A DNA stretch of 62,341 nt, counting the filler, from Circinaria calcarea (lineage: Eukaryota): the NCBI GenBank assembly GCA_051942165.1. It is 12 parts of 12 records of this genome, joined end to end, with 100 filler letters (N's around TTAATTAATTAA, not from the genome) between each part and the next. Parts side by side here need not be neighbours in the genome. Positions count along the whole stretch, not along the records: positions 46,859 to 51,953 come from JAVECS010002047.1; positions 52,054 to 57,148 come from JAVECS010002048.1; positions 57,249 to 62,341 come from JAVECS010002049.1; 9 more parts are not named here. One strand, 5' to 3'. Shown piece by piece: positions 49,193 through 61,850 of the stretch (positions are counted from its first letter, which is position 1; each line of letters opens with the position of its first letter). A model generated the notes under the pieces. It was given only the letters and a program-made list of their open reading frames with translations. It ran no database searches and was not told the origin of the DNA. The position numbers and the translations under genes are program-made.

Positions 49193-50770
49193 ATGGACCT
49201 CTCCTCCTTCCTCGGCCACGCCAAAACTAATTTCCACCACCACTCCACCCCAGTCTCCCTCACTCTTAAAGACGGCGGCCCCCCTCAATCCCTTTCTGAT
49301 ATCTGCAAAGCCGTGACTCCGCCCTGCCATCTCAATCCGCTCCTCTTCAATGGCCACCTGCAAACCTTTTGGACTGCCGTCAAGAGCCAAGATATCCTAG
49401 TCTACTACAAACGCCATCTATTCTCGGCAGAAGATCCTGCCTACAGAGGTACTTTTGCCGTGGACTTTGTCGTTCCTCCTTACAATGGCGCCGAGGAGGG
49501 TTTACCACCGCGAACTACTTCCTATAGCGCCGAAGATTTTGCAGATATTGGTTCGGAAGACAGCAAACCCATGCTGATTACTCTCCATGGCCTGAGCGGA
49601 GGATCCCACGAGATATATCTCCGACATGTCCTAGAGCCTATCTTTAATGCCGGTTGGGAAGCATGTGTAATCAACTCTCGTGGCTGTGCCATGAGTAAGA
49701 TCACCAGCTCCGTATTGTATAACGCGCGCGCCACATGGGATATGAGGCAAACAGTGAAATGGTTAAGGCAAAAGTTTCCCAATAGGCCGCTTTTCGCGAT
49801 TGGGTTTTCCTTGGGCGCGAATATTTTGACAAATGTACGTACTATTGTAGATGAGGTAGAAATGGAATATATTGTAATTGATACAAGGATCTGATTCGAA
49901 TTGTTTGATTGTGTAGTATCTCGGTGAGGAAGGGAACGAGTGCGTCTTGAAGGCTGCAGTATTATGCTCGAGCCCGTGGAATCTGGAAGTGAGCGCCAAA
50001 GCTTTGCAAAGAACGTGGCTAGGGCTGGAGGTATACTCGAGGACCATGGGGAGTAGCATGAGGGATTTGTTTGAAAGGTATGCAATGGGATGTAATACGC
50101 TGTTGTGCGTACTGACACTCCTTGGGGCAGTCATGTCGACGAGATTGCAAAGAATCCTCGAATTGACGTAGAGAAGGTTCGAAGAGTTAGATATCTGCAT
50201 GAATTTGACAGGTATGGCTCAGATTCAAGCTTGTGAAATGCATCTAACAGTAAATTAGAGATCTCCAAGGACCAACTTGGGGTTATCCCACTGAAGGAGC
50301 CTATTACCGAGACGCATCGTCCGTAGACGCTCTACTAGCCGTCAAGATTCCTCTATTCGCTCTGAATGCCGAAGACGACCCTGTGCGTAAAATAAGGTGT
50401 TCCAGTAGAACTTTAGCGACTGACATTGGTGCAATAGATTGCCGTAGGAGAAGCGATTCCGTATGAGGAGTTCAAGCAAACTCCACACGCAGTTTTGTGC
50501 ACCACTTCCCTTGGCGGCCATTTGTCGTGGTTTGAGGTTGGCGGAAGTCGATGGTTTGCCAAGCCGGTATGAGTTGCGCATACTGTTTAGCGGCCTTAAC
50601 ATACTGACGGTGTCTAGGCGACTCAGTTCTTGATGAAGATTGCGAATGAATTCGACTATTTGCAGAGTGGAAGTATTATCGACGGAGATAGCGAGATTGG
50701 TGTAGAGGCTTCCCCTTCTTTTGACCCTATGCGCCGCAAACTTTGGATGCCTCTTCAGTCAAAGATTTAA
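49193..50770 (+). CDS. AB-hydrolase-4 family acyltransferase/esterase (Eht1/Eeb1/Mgl2-like), multi-exon
   Basis: LFNGHLQT, LHGLSGGSHEIY, NSRGC, YNARATWD, GFSLGANIL nucleophile elbow, NAEDDP, GGHLSWFE; ends LQSKI*. Confidence 0.88.
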
Positions 50771-50831
50771 ATGACCATAGAGTACCATTCAATACCATGG
50801 ATCATGACCGCTTTTCTCTTCATCTTCACAG

Positions 50832-51531
50832 TTACCCGAAAGAAACCCTCTTCTTAGCTTTAGAGCTCTTCGTTGGCATCGAGCCATCGTTCGTTGAGGT
50901 AGGATCATCCCCTTCACTGAGTCTGCGCTTTCTCTTTTTCCGTATTGAATCTTTCTTTTCCTCCTGTCAATGTATTAGCACCACCCCTATAGTACAACCA
51001 CGATCCTCGAACCATTTTCGACTTCCTCTGTTCCTGCCTCGCCTCAGCTTCCTTCTTCCGAGCCTCCCGGATCTCCTCCAAGTGCCTACTTTTCATCATC
51101 TTACTCTCAATCTGCCCCTCTTTGTCCGCATTGACCATCGCAAGTATAGTCATCATGCTCTCCTAGACATGAGAAGTGAATCAGCCTCGATTCACTCTTT
51201 GTTCAGATTATGACTGCCAATTGAGTCCATTTACCTGATCATCAATAAATACTTTTCCCTTCTTCTTGCCCTTAGGTTTCTCCACACCAACTGGCGTAAT
51301 CATGTTGAGTTTCGGCAATCCCAGCTCTTTGTCTGTGTAAACCTTTCTCTTCTTCCTGATCGGACCCGAGCTCGATTTGGTCTTTTGCTGTTTTGGCGGC
51401 GGTGCTTTGGGACGTTTCGATATGCGGTTCTTGGTACTGGTGCCGAGTGCACCAGGCTTGCTAGAGCCCTTGCCCTTTACACTGCTTTTGCCTTTAGCAG
51501 TTTTACTGGGGGGTCCTCGATTGGGTGCCAT
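50832..51531 (-). CDS. LOC1: 60S ribosomal subunit assembly/export protein Loc1, 3 exons
   Basis: [28 protein letters not shown]^[33 protein letters not shown]...KKRVSFG*. Confidence 0.9.
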
Positions 51532-51842
51532 GTTTAGGTCAGGTAACAAGATGGAAAAGGGCGTGTATTGCCTTTCAGGTGGTTGCTACCAAAATAGTTC
51601 GCGAAAATACCTCTTGTGAAAATAGGCTAGTGGTTGTAGTGAATTATGGTGGAAGCGCTAAGATTGTTCGGCATCAGCTTATCGATTGGTCCGCATGTGC
51701 AGTGACGCAAAAATATATCAATCTACAGCGGCCATCAGAATTAATAATACAATGTCTACTATCCTTTGAACCTGCATCTTTAATACCTCCAGAATCCAAC
51801 ACACCATCCCTCTCACACACCCCGTATTCCTAATTACCCACA

Positions 51843-51953
51843 ATGAAAGCCTACTGGTACGACGACAAGCCGGTCCGCTACCCGCCTCACGCCCATCCAA
51901 ACTAACAGAAAAACCCCTATCTAACCACTTCCCCAGGGCGACCCCCGCCTCTG
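51843..51953 (+). CDS. ADI1: Acireductone dioxygenase, 5' fragment
   Basis: MKAYWYDDKP, then an intron with CTAAC branch, then GDPRL; typical fungal ARD N-terminus. Confidence 0.75.
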
Positions 51954-52053
51954 NNNNNNNNNNNNNNNNNNNNNNNNNNNNNNNNNNNNNNNNNNNNTTA
52001 ATTAATTAANNNNNNNNNNNNNNNNNNNNNNNNNNNNNNNNNNNNNNNNNNNN
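51954..52053. other. Artificial contig-joining spacer
   Basis: 44 N + TTAATTAATTAA + 44 N. Confidence 0.98.
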
Positions 52054-52115
52054 CTACAAGTGTACATACTTGAGAATACTTCTAGTCGACTATCAACTAC
52101 CAACGAAGAATCGTG

Positions 52116-53455
52116 ATGCCTCCGCAAAAGAGAAAGCGCGGTAGCATGTCAACCCCGATGGCTAAGGAATCGGACAAGGGTCGAGTGCCGAACACACCGC
52201 GGACCACAGAATCGCCTGCATCTTCCGAGGCCGTTGCAGAAAATGATAACGGTCACCCTCCTTTCGGCGTCGTCCTACTTAGAGATCTGAACTCAACCCC
52301 TAAGAAAGGTGGGAAAAAAGGAACCAAGGGCGCAGACCATACTGCGGCAAAGCAGGAGCCGTTGATTGATACAGATGACGATCCAGCTGTTTACGCTATT
52401 ACGCCCGGAACGAAATGGGAGTCTATGCGTAAATATAAGAACTTTGTTGGTATGAACGTCGTGCTCCTCTTAGCGACGTTCACATTGCTTACGGTCAAAT
52501 TAAGTTGAAAGAACCACGTTCGGCTCAAACGAGTACGTCTATATCAATAGTGGAGCCGGCAATGCGACCGAGGACGGATGGATTGCACGTGTTCTGGAAG
52601 TGCGCGCCAAGGATGAGAACCATGTTTACTTGAGGGTATTCTGGATGTACTCACCCGATGAGCTCCCTCAAGGACGTCAGCCATATCATGGCAAGACAGA
52701 GGTCATTGCCAGTAACCACATGGAGATCCTCGATGCGATGACGGTGTCAGACCGAGCTCCGGTCACACATTGGGAAGAAAAGGATGACGATCCACCCATG
52801 ACAGGGCCGTACTGGAGACAAAGATTCGATTACCTAACCAAGAAGCTTTCTGTTGGTGTTCCTATGGCGTCCTACATACAAGATGAGAAGATGTACTAAT
52901 TTCCGAAAATAGGAAATCCGTCGAGACTGCGTATGTAAAGGCTTTCATAATCCTGACAAGCTTCTCATTCGCTGTTCAAATTCTTCATGCTTGCTGTGGC
53001 TTCATGAAGATTGTATCGTCAAGGACGCCCTTCGAAGGTTCCTGTCCCGCGATAGTGGAGAAGGCACACAGAGGCCATCTGCTACGGGAGATGACTCGGA
53101 TGATGTGGATGAGGAGGCCAGTGGCACAATTCAAGTTGGAAATACCGTTGAGGGACACTCCAAATCATACAAGAAGTTAAGGGCTGCACAGCTCGCTTCC
53201 TCTGCCGAGGAACCAGATGAACAACCAAGTGCCAAGAGAAAGCGGCTTTCTTCCAAGCAAGCACCAAAGTCAGAAACTTGGGAGGAGAAAGTGGAAGGGA
53301 AGATCGAGATCAAACTCAAGGCAACGAAGAAAGGCGAGGAGATCGAGGAGATTACCGGAAAACTGATCGTCACTGATCTTCGCGGAGGTGAACCTCGCGT
53401 CTCGAAGCAAAACTTGAAATGTCCCAGCTGCCAGGAACTCCTCACGTCGTCTTAA
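52116..53455 (+). CDS. BAH-PHD chromatin reader (EBS/SHL-like; EPR-1/BP1-type), 3 exons
   Basis: BAH: WIARVLEVRAKDENHVYLRVFWMYSPDEL..GRQPYHG..EVIASNHMEILD..YWRQ; PHD: CVCKGFHNPDKLLIRCSNSSCLLWLHEDC. Confidence 0.85.
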
Positions 53456-55024
53456 GAGCCTGCCGGGAATTGTCCATTTCTCCTGAGCTTAGTCATTGAC
53501 TATATGTCAGTATCTTGGTCGTGTTCCCGGGAACCTTACGACATCCTGCTGCCGCCGGGCAAATTTACAATTTGCAGGGCATCTTGAGTTGGCTCTGCTA
53601 TTTTACAATATATATCAATCTACATGATCCGGATCGGGGTCGTATATGTCTTGGTTCGTATCAGTTCATGTTTGCAGAAGCTTCGTGTTTCACTTCCAAT
53701 CAGTTTTCTGTATGCCGCAACATGATACGAGATTTCTTTACCTGGAATGAGAGGCATGTGGCGGCGGTGTGTTTAGCTGTGGCATGAGCGATGGTGTTGG
53801 CCTACGGAGTGGCTTCCTTCCAATGATACTTACCTCATGACCGTCATTGCTGCGATCATCCGGAGCAAGCCCTTGGACCCGGCTGTCTCGAGACCGACAA
53901 TCTTGCAGAATTTTCATGTCTTGTCTATTTTCTTGGAAATTCCTCTAAGCGAGATCCTAAGCAAAGCGAGCATTCATGTCGAGCCATCGAGCACGGTTCA
54001 GCATTTGTACATAGTTGACAATACGTAGCTGAACAACAGCTCCAGGGCACGATCTCTCTGCTGCGCAGGTACTGCGATTACGTCTCCATTTTCCATTGTG
54101 ATTTCTGATGATGACTATCGTCGAGCGCCACTAAAGCCACGAGGGGTTCTGCTGGGGCATGATGGTGTAAGGAACCCTGTGTGGGAGTGGGGGAAGTGGG
54201 AACGGACGAGGGTTGCGATGGGTGATCTCGATTGATATTTGCTTGTAAATCCTTGGGTCCCACCCCAGGCTTCTTACCACATCCAGCCGTCGTAATATAC
54301 TTGACGCATCTAATCCGTGATGTCTGAGATGCTCCCGGCCGTCTGACGCATCATATGACGCCGTCTACGTATACGAGCTGGGGTACCCAGAGTGCCAGAG
54401 CATCGTAGAGTCGTAGGACCTTCTGTCGCAATTCCTACAATCAGCCACCATTGTTACGCTGGGGTCGAGGAGGACTGGGAATGGCACATTACTCTGGACG
54501 TGCCTACTTTACCTGCGACGAATGAGATGAGCTACCCCTTTTAGCCCTGTACATTCTATCCCCATGATCGCGTGGTGCCGTTGGCTCTTTAACGGCGGGT
54601 TCCTGCAACTGCTCCCCTGCCGCCCATGGTTGCCTGTACCTTAAATTGCCCGCCTGCTAAACCCGATTAAATCAACGGACGGTCAATCTGCATCTGCATG
54701 GCGACGGCCCAGTGGGGAATTGAAGGCTGCACAATGGGGGTTTTCGTCGATTGAGGACCTCCCTATTGGCGGAATGTTTATAACACGGCCACACGGACCC
54801 CCTCCCCTTCCACTATCCGGGCTTCCTCGTCCGGATCACACGACTGATGGATATGCAATACATTTCGGGTTCAACGCTCATGCAGATGAGCGTGGCTTTC
54901 CCAATGGTCGATGCATGGAACCACGCGAGGACGATGATCTGCCTCGATAAGAGTTGACCTATACCTTCTCAATCCTCCTGCACCAGGCTTCTGACCGTTC
55001 GGACGTAACATATTGAACGCAACC

Positions 55025-56405
55025 ATGTCCGATTTCACTGCACACTCCAGTGCAGCGACTTCAGCTTCAACCTCGTCTTCAAGTAGTGAGAAACCAGCCG
55101 TATTGATTGTTGGAGGGCTAGGTCGGTTTTCCCCATCTCCCACAACCCGATCCGTTGATTCTTTTTTAGCATTGCTCTAACACCACTTAACAAGGCTACA
55201 TCGGCCGTTTTCTAGCCCTCTACATCCACCAGAACAACCTCGCCTCCGAGGTCCGCCTCGTCGATAAGGTCCTGCCCCAGCTTGCCTGGCTTGCCCCAGA
55301 GTTCTCTGAAGCTTGCTTTGCCGACAAATTCATGCAAGCAGATGCTAGCCGAGAACGTAATCCTCCCTCATCCCTCTCCCTACCGCTCAGCTACTGATAG
55401 AATCTTCTTGTAGAATCCCTTTCCAAAATCTTCACCCTCCCTTCCGGCCGTTCCTTCACCTATGTCTTCAATTGCGGCGGCGAGACTCGCTACTCCCAAG
55501 AAGACTCCGTGTACTCCGCGCGCTCCCTCTCCCTAACCACAACCCTAGCTCGTGAATGCGCCCGTCGTCAGATTCCGGCCTACATAGAGTTCAGCACGGG
55601 CATGGTATACAAGTCTCCTTCATCTAGTACAATTGCAGCAGGCGGCTGCACGGAAACCGCGCCTACCAAACCTTGGCTCAAACTCGCAAAATACAAACTC
55701 TTCGCCGAAGAAGCACTGGAGAAAATTCGCGCGGAAGGTGAAAAAGTAAGAGAGGGCTCCGGACTCCGCTATGCTATACTCCGGCTCGCTCATGTGTACG
55801 GCGAATATGATGTTGGGTTCCTTGCTCGGGGCCTGTGCCTTGCCCGCGTCTATCAATCGAAAGGCGAAGAGATGAAATGGCTCTATGGAAAAGATCTTCG
55901 GATCGCTACTGTTCACGTCCAGGATGTCTGTACCGCGGCCTGGCTCGCGGCTCAATGGGCCGCTTTCCCTTCCTCCTTCCCAAAATCCCCTCCCCCGTCT
56001 CATATCACCCACAACGCCCGCATCTTCAACATCTCATCCCCCGAAACCCCCACCCAAGCCACCCTCGCCACCATCATCTCCGCCATCTTCAACATCTCCA
56101 CCGGCTTCCACAATACCCTCGTCAGTACCTTTGCGCGCTTCAACCTCGAATCCGTCGTCGACGATGTCAACGAGGATGTCCTGCAGCCGTGGGCGGATCT
56201 GGTAAAGAAAAAGGGTATCACGAGACAAGGGCCGATCAGTCCGTTTATGGAAAAGGAGCTGCTGAAGGACTACGAGTTTTATATTGATAGCAGGAGGGCG
56301 AGGGAGGTACTGGGATGGAGGGTCGGAAAGGGAAGGGAAGGGTTGAGCGAGGAGGGGGTGAGGAGGGTAGTGGAGAGTTGGGAGAGGATGGGCTGGTGGC
56401 CTTGA
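55025..56405 (+). CDS. NAD-dependent epimerase/dehydratase (extended SDR), 3 exons
   Basis: KPAVLIVGGL^GYIGRFLA Rossmann motif; VRLVDKVLPQLAWL; YVFNCGGETRYSQ; LRLAHVYG. Confidence 0.88.
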
Positions 56406-57148
56406 GGTGGATCAAGTAGGGGGGTTTTGGCGAATAGCAGTGGAGCTCCCCAGGTTCTTTTCTGAAACTCTTTCTTTGGATTGGATTTTCTCATTCTTCC
56501 CACTTTGATTTTTCAAACCCATACCCCTAAGCGGATCCCTTTTTCTTTTCCTCAACAGCCCACAGCTATAATTCAAACTGTAAGAGCACCAGTTAGTTTA
56601 GAAAAACGGTTCGATAGATGTCTACTTTTTTTTTAATATTTAATTTAAACCCAAAGTCCAAATCCAAATCCAAGTCCAAAGTCCAAGTGCCCAAACTTTT
56701 TTTTGGATTTTTGGTTTTCACCCTTCCAATGGTCCCTCTTATCCGATCTGATTTAATCCTTGATGCCGTTGGGAACCATATTGTTTTCCCTTTCCCTTTG
56801 CTTTTATTACTTATACTTTCTCCTTCGGGTCTGTCTCCCTTTTTTTTCTTTTTTTTTGGGTGGAAATATCCTAAAAAGGGAAGGGGAGGGGTTGGGAAAG
56901 GATTTCTAGTAGATTGGATTAGATCCCCCCTCCCCCCAACCCAACAACGTGACAGTCCGCGAAGTTATGACTTACCGCCCACATTTACTCGCCGCGCATT
57001 CGTATCAAGGAAAGGACACTATTCGTGGCTTTTGGGCTTTTTCCTTTTTTCCTTTTTTCCCGCATCTGAGAAAACGGGGGGGAATCGTCATCGCTAATCC
57101 TAAAGTTCGCTGGGGGGGTGGGGGTTGATATATGCATATTGTGAAAGT

Positions 57149-57248
57149 NNNNNNNNNNNNNNNNNNNNNNNNNNNNNNNNNNNNNNNNNNNNTTAATTAA
57201 TTAANNNNNNNNNNNNNNNNNNNNNNNNNNNNNNNNNNNNNNNNNNNN
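57149..57248. other. Artificial contig-joining spacer
   Basis: 44 N + TTAATTAATTAA + 44 N. Confidence 0.98.
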
Positions 57249-57523
57249 TATTTTATTTTTTATTTTTATTTTTAGTTTTTTTATTTATTTTTGAAATTTT
57301 ATTATATTAATTAAAAAGCCGAAAAAAAAATATAAGAATTCCCAAAAAATGAAATATCGCGGTAAAAGTGGAAAAAAAGAAAAGAAAAATATAGCTGCTC
57401 GTGTGAGCCCTAGGAAAAAATTCGTAAAGAAGAAAATTTCATTATAGGAACGGTAAGAGGGGAAAAATAAAAAATAACTGTGAGAAATGAAAAATAAGAG
57501 GGTTATGGACGGGGTTGGAAATT

Positions 57524-57553
57524 GGGGTTAGGGTCCGGGTTAGGGTTAGGGTT
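57524..57553 (+). repeat. Short interstitial telomere-like TTAGGG tract
   Basis: GGGGTTAGGGTCCGGGTTAGGGTTAGGGTT near an AT-rich contig end. Confidence 0.45.
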
Positions 57554-58036
57554 TTGGGAGAAGAAAGGATACGAGAGGATAGGATAGGAGGAAAAGGAGG
57601 AAAAGGAGGGAGGGTGTGTGGCTATTAACGATAATGACTTATTTGCTGGGGGCGTCGATGGGGGAAATATTTGAATGAATAGTTAGTTGAAAGTGGGGAG
57701 AGGTTATTATTCTAGTGGGTAGATTGGTTCTTGGCTTTATTGAGTAATATAATATATGATAACTATTCTAGGGTCTAAGGTCTATTCTATATGCTGGGTT
57801 GGGTATAAGGTAGCTATCATTATTCATCATTCACTATAGTACCATAATATCCCATTTCTAATCCCTAGCAGGGTATCATTCATGTTGCGCCACCAGTTCG
57901 CCGGAAGAAGCCGACTCCAACCCTCCTCCCACTCCCGACTCTCGGATTTCCGAGAGTACCAAAACCAAAACCCGACTCCGCTTCCGAGCACGCCTGATCA
58001 AGTCCACAGTTCCTCGCAAAGGCTTGGTTCGAATTC

Positions 58037-59039
58037 TCACTCCCTCTTCGCCTGCTCGATCCTCTCAAACGTCAGCGGAACAGGGAATCCAACACGAGTC
58101 GCCAGCGCGATGATGAGATCCGCCATGCCCATGGGGAGGACATGTTTCAGCAGCATCGGCGCGGAGTCCGGGACTATAAAATTCTGCTTCGCAGCAATTA
58201 TACCGTCTAATTCCTCCACTAACAAAGCGCAGTTCTCGAAAACCACTCTGGCTTCGTCGATGATGTCTTCTCTTTCCTCAAGAGAGAGCTGGGTTTCGAG
58301 ACTCTGGAGCTGAGATTTGAAGTGATCTTTGATATCTTCGCCGTTGTGGGGGCCGGGGAAGTGCCAGAATGAGAGGGCTTGTTCGGGAGTGTGGTCGGGG
58401 GTAGAAGAGGTGGTCTTGGGGGTGGAGAGTGTCCAGGACGAATCTCGGGCGGAGGTGAGCTGGGACCTGATCCAGCGGCCACCGTTGAAGAGGGCCATGT
58501 ACAGGACCCATGCGTAGGCGATTATAACGTGAGGTTTCTGGGCCGTCGTGAGGTTGATGTGAGCGGTGAAGGCGCTGAGATGGGGGAAGGTTTGCGCATT
58601 GGTTAATTGGTCATCCACTTCGTGGGGAGAAACGTTTAATAGGGTTGCTAGGTCTTCCTTCAATCTCGTTGTTCGTAGGAGTGGTGGGATGAAGAGTTGT
58701 TCTAGGATTGGTGAGATGCGCTCGGGCGGTCTTTCTAGTGCTCTAATCCATGCCGACTCAAAGGCAATATATATATTGGCAAAGTGGAGGAGACCGGTAG
58801 TATAGAAGATAGGGTCATTTGTATTTGGTGGAAGAGCAAGAGGAAGCCGGTTCAGGACAAGGCGGTTCAAGTGGGTGTGGACTTGTCTGGTAGAGTTGTG
58901 TAAGCAATAGCTCTCCTATTCCCGTCATCGTTGATAGTAAGATATACCTAGTCGCAGCATTTATCTCCTTGGAAAATGCTCCGTTAAGGTTCCCACCCCT
59001 TTGGCGGTTTGGTGGCGCATCCTGTACTGGTACGAGCAT
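58037..59039 (-). CDS. Heme oxygenase-like protein (Hmx1-like), 2 exons
   Basis: EINAATR^QVHTHLNRL (proximal His helix); LLRTTRLKEDL; AYAWVLYMALFNGGRWIR; IIDEARVVFE. Confidence 0.85.
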
Positions 59040-59482
59040 TGCGACTGGAATGAAATAGAGGTATTAAGGGAGTCTTAGGTAACTGTATAGAAGATGAAGA
59101 TGCCATGGTGAGTACCCAAATAAAATACAAAGCACTCAGAGCGTTGAATCCGGCGTCTTGGTCATTTATTGTGTTGAAGGCAGCAAGCTCGGTGAGCGAA
59201 TGATGGAATCCGGACATTGAATCACATGTCTGTCAAGTCACGAAGCTCCCTCATGATTTTCAAACTCCAACAAACACACAACTGCTACCACATGGCATTT
59301 GTTGTTCTTCAACTTGAAACTGTGTTACATTACAGCTGCTTCAGCTATCCTTAAAGATATTCCACTGCTCCATATGGTTAGGACTATAGAATTCAGTTGA
59401 TCTTGTCATGACATATGCGCTCCATGCCTCGGGGGTCATCCTCCATATACGAAATAACCAAAGATACAAAAGTCACTTGAGC

Positions 59483-61021
59483 TCATACCAGCACTTGCGC
59501 TTTTGAGATAGTACGACCACTGTCATGACCAGCTCTCAAGTCATCTTCCCACTTCACCACGGCCGGGAAAACCACTATCTGAATAGGCCGACCTTGCAGA
59601 TTCTCTCCTTTATTGTCTTGTAACGCATCTTCCATGCTTGATGCATCAAAGGTTTTTATGCCTGGTCTTTCCATGATAATCTTGAACAAGGCTCGCTGCT
59701 TCCCGAGATCAAGAGCCAGATTTGCGGCAGAATCGACGACTTGGCGAAGTTGTTTGAGTCTTGCTTCCGAGGGACCTAATCCAGCCAGGTTGGAAGTCAT
59801 ACTGTCAATCTTTTTGCTGATTTCCTCCACCGAGGACTTTCGCTCTTTTCGGTAATCCGAAGTTTTCTCGAGTAATGTCATTGTCTGCGCTCTCCATTCA
59901 TTCGCTTCCGCAGTTGATGCTGTTAAAATACGTTAGAAGGCACTTCATTGTAAAGCTCATGACTATTTCTGGATACTTACCTGCTGTGGTAATTGCTTGC
60001 TTGAGCTCCGAGAACGCAGGAATACCCAAAAGCTCTTCGGTCGTAAATGCTTGTACGATAACCTCAGCGACCAAGGATCTGATCACGAGGTACTTTGTAC
60101 GAGGTTCCCTGAGTAGAGCGGCATGATTCGGCTGGCTTCTCTGCAAAATGGCTAATACCTCCTGAACCGGCGAGTTACCTGGACGCATAGCCTTGAAGTT
60201 GCTTATGACCCAATCATTGATGCTCTTCGAGAGCCTCAGAAATCGCTCATTCACTTGTTTATCGTCGAGGCCTGATACGCCGGCCCCACGGCTTCGTTGG
60301 AAAAGGGCAGCCTGGCTATCTCGTAGCTGGGCATCTCGCTCATGAAGTTGGGTTTCGAGGCTATTGATTTGACTTTCAAGACTTGTTGCTGGGGAATTGT
60401 GCGCGGCCTTTAGTTCGTATGTTGGAGCATACTGCCCTCGCCGATCTTTTGAACCTGAACTCACCCTGTTAAATGGTCTTACCTATGCTGGAATTAACTG
60501 AACTCACGTCGTTTTCGCAAAAGAAGAAAGGCCAAAATCCCAAGAGTTATAGCTAACAGTGCTCCCAGTACAGCAACACCTGCTATAAGACCAGTGTTTG
60601 AGGTCTTCGGTGCGACAACTGGGGCAGTTGAGGGTTCAGATGCCGAGGATGACGCAGTAGAGGACGGTGCGTTGGAACTTTGCGTTTGAGCAATTGAAGC
60701 GGGGCCGTTGGAGGAAGAAATACTAGAAGTTGCAGATGCACTAGAAGACGTGGGTATAGGAGGCGCCGCGATGGCACTCTGGGAGGTGGCACCAATCGAT
60801 GCAGATGGTGTAGCGTTGGTTGTTTGTGCCGATATGGGCAAGGTTGACACACCAGGCGAGCCGTTGATATTGGGTGATATAATCACTGCTACTAACAGAG
60901 AACCGTTTGCCTCTGTGCTTGTGATAGTTGATCCTGAAGGGATTGGAAGTGTTGTGGCTATACCATTGAGCCCGGTGCTTACATACGCTCCGAAAGGGAC
61001 TGATACATTGGGTGCCGCCAT
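59483..61021 (-). CDS. Single-pass membrane protein: Ser/Thr-rich N-terminal region, TM helix, coiled coil and GrpE-like C-terminal domain; 3 exons
   Basis: ORF 60494..61021 (S/T-rich, TGLIAGVAVLGALLAITLGILAFLLL-RKRR), ORF 59898..60464 (coiled coil) and ORF 59483..59881 joined by GT-AG introns; ANEWRAQTMTLL; C-terminus FDASSMEDA...IQIVVFPAVVK...TISKAQVLV*. Confidence 0.72.
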
Positions 61022-61850
61022 TTCTCGGTCTTGACGATTATTAGTCTGTTAATATACAACCGACGCCACCTTTTCACCGAAGTCGAAAAGCGTCAGAAGT
61101 ACAATTCAACGAGAGGGAGGTTGTAAGGGAAATCGCACGAGAAGGCTGGCTCATATACCAACATTGCTGCGGCGCTGCACCGAGGTTCCGTACGGAGTCC
61201 TCCCCACAATCACATAGTATACACCCCCACGAGAGCACAGCACCAATGAGGGTGGACCAGAGATCCTTAGCGTCGCACGAGGCTGAGAATCCTCCCATGC
61301 AGCAGGGGTCCGGCACGGGGCAGTGTACAGAAAGCGTGACGCTAGTTCGGAGGCTAGAGCGTTAGAGCCCGCCGCCTGCTATTTCAAGCTTCATCGGGTA
61401 CGAGTAAGACGCCGGCGGCTTAGTGTTTCAGCAGCCTCGTCTGCGATCCATGCGGGTCGAGTCACAAGTTGTCTCGAAAGAAGGCAAAGTCACGCCTACT
61501 TGTTCTTTTCGGTGCCGGATGAACGCCGAAAAGCTCGGACGAATCAGATAAGTTGAATTTTTGATTTGAGATTGATGATTTCAGAGATGATGAGTTCCAC
61601 TGGGGGGTGGCACAGGTGGTAATTGAATTGGGGTCCGAAAGTACCGAGTACGGAGTAGCCTTGCCCTTGCGGTGCCAGAAGCCCCTGTTTCTCGCCATGT
61701 TGCTGCGCGTATCATAATGGTGTGGAAGTTGAAGATTGACCGTAGATCGATATGAACTTGGCCTTCCCATTGATCTCATTTGTTCCACATTCGCCATCAG
61801 CTCGAGTATTGCATCTCTGATGATGTTTGGCGCGCCTTTTACCCTGCGAA

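Noticed and set aside
53460..55020. Short ORFs between the BAH-PHD and epimerase genes
   Set aside because: No motif or splice-consistent model; treated as intergenic
56420..57148. 159-aa hydrophobic ORF 56618..57097 and TCCAAA/TCCAAG-like repeats
   Set aside because: Homopolymer-rich low-complexity contig end; the Phe/Lys bias reflects T and A runs and possibly poor sequence quality
5119..57248. Regularly spaced TTAATTAATTAA palindromes as a CRISPR-like array or biological repeat
   Set aside because: Always embedded in 44+44 N at contig joins; a synthetic six-frame stop linker
57985..58050. GGTTCGAAT T-loop-like motif suggesting a tRNA
   Set aside because: No acceptor stem, D-arm or anticodon arm can be folded; it overlaps the heme oxygenase stop region
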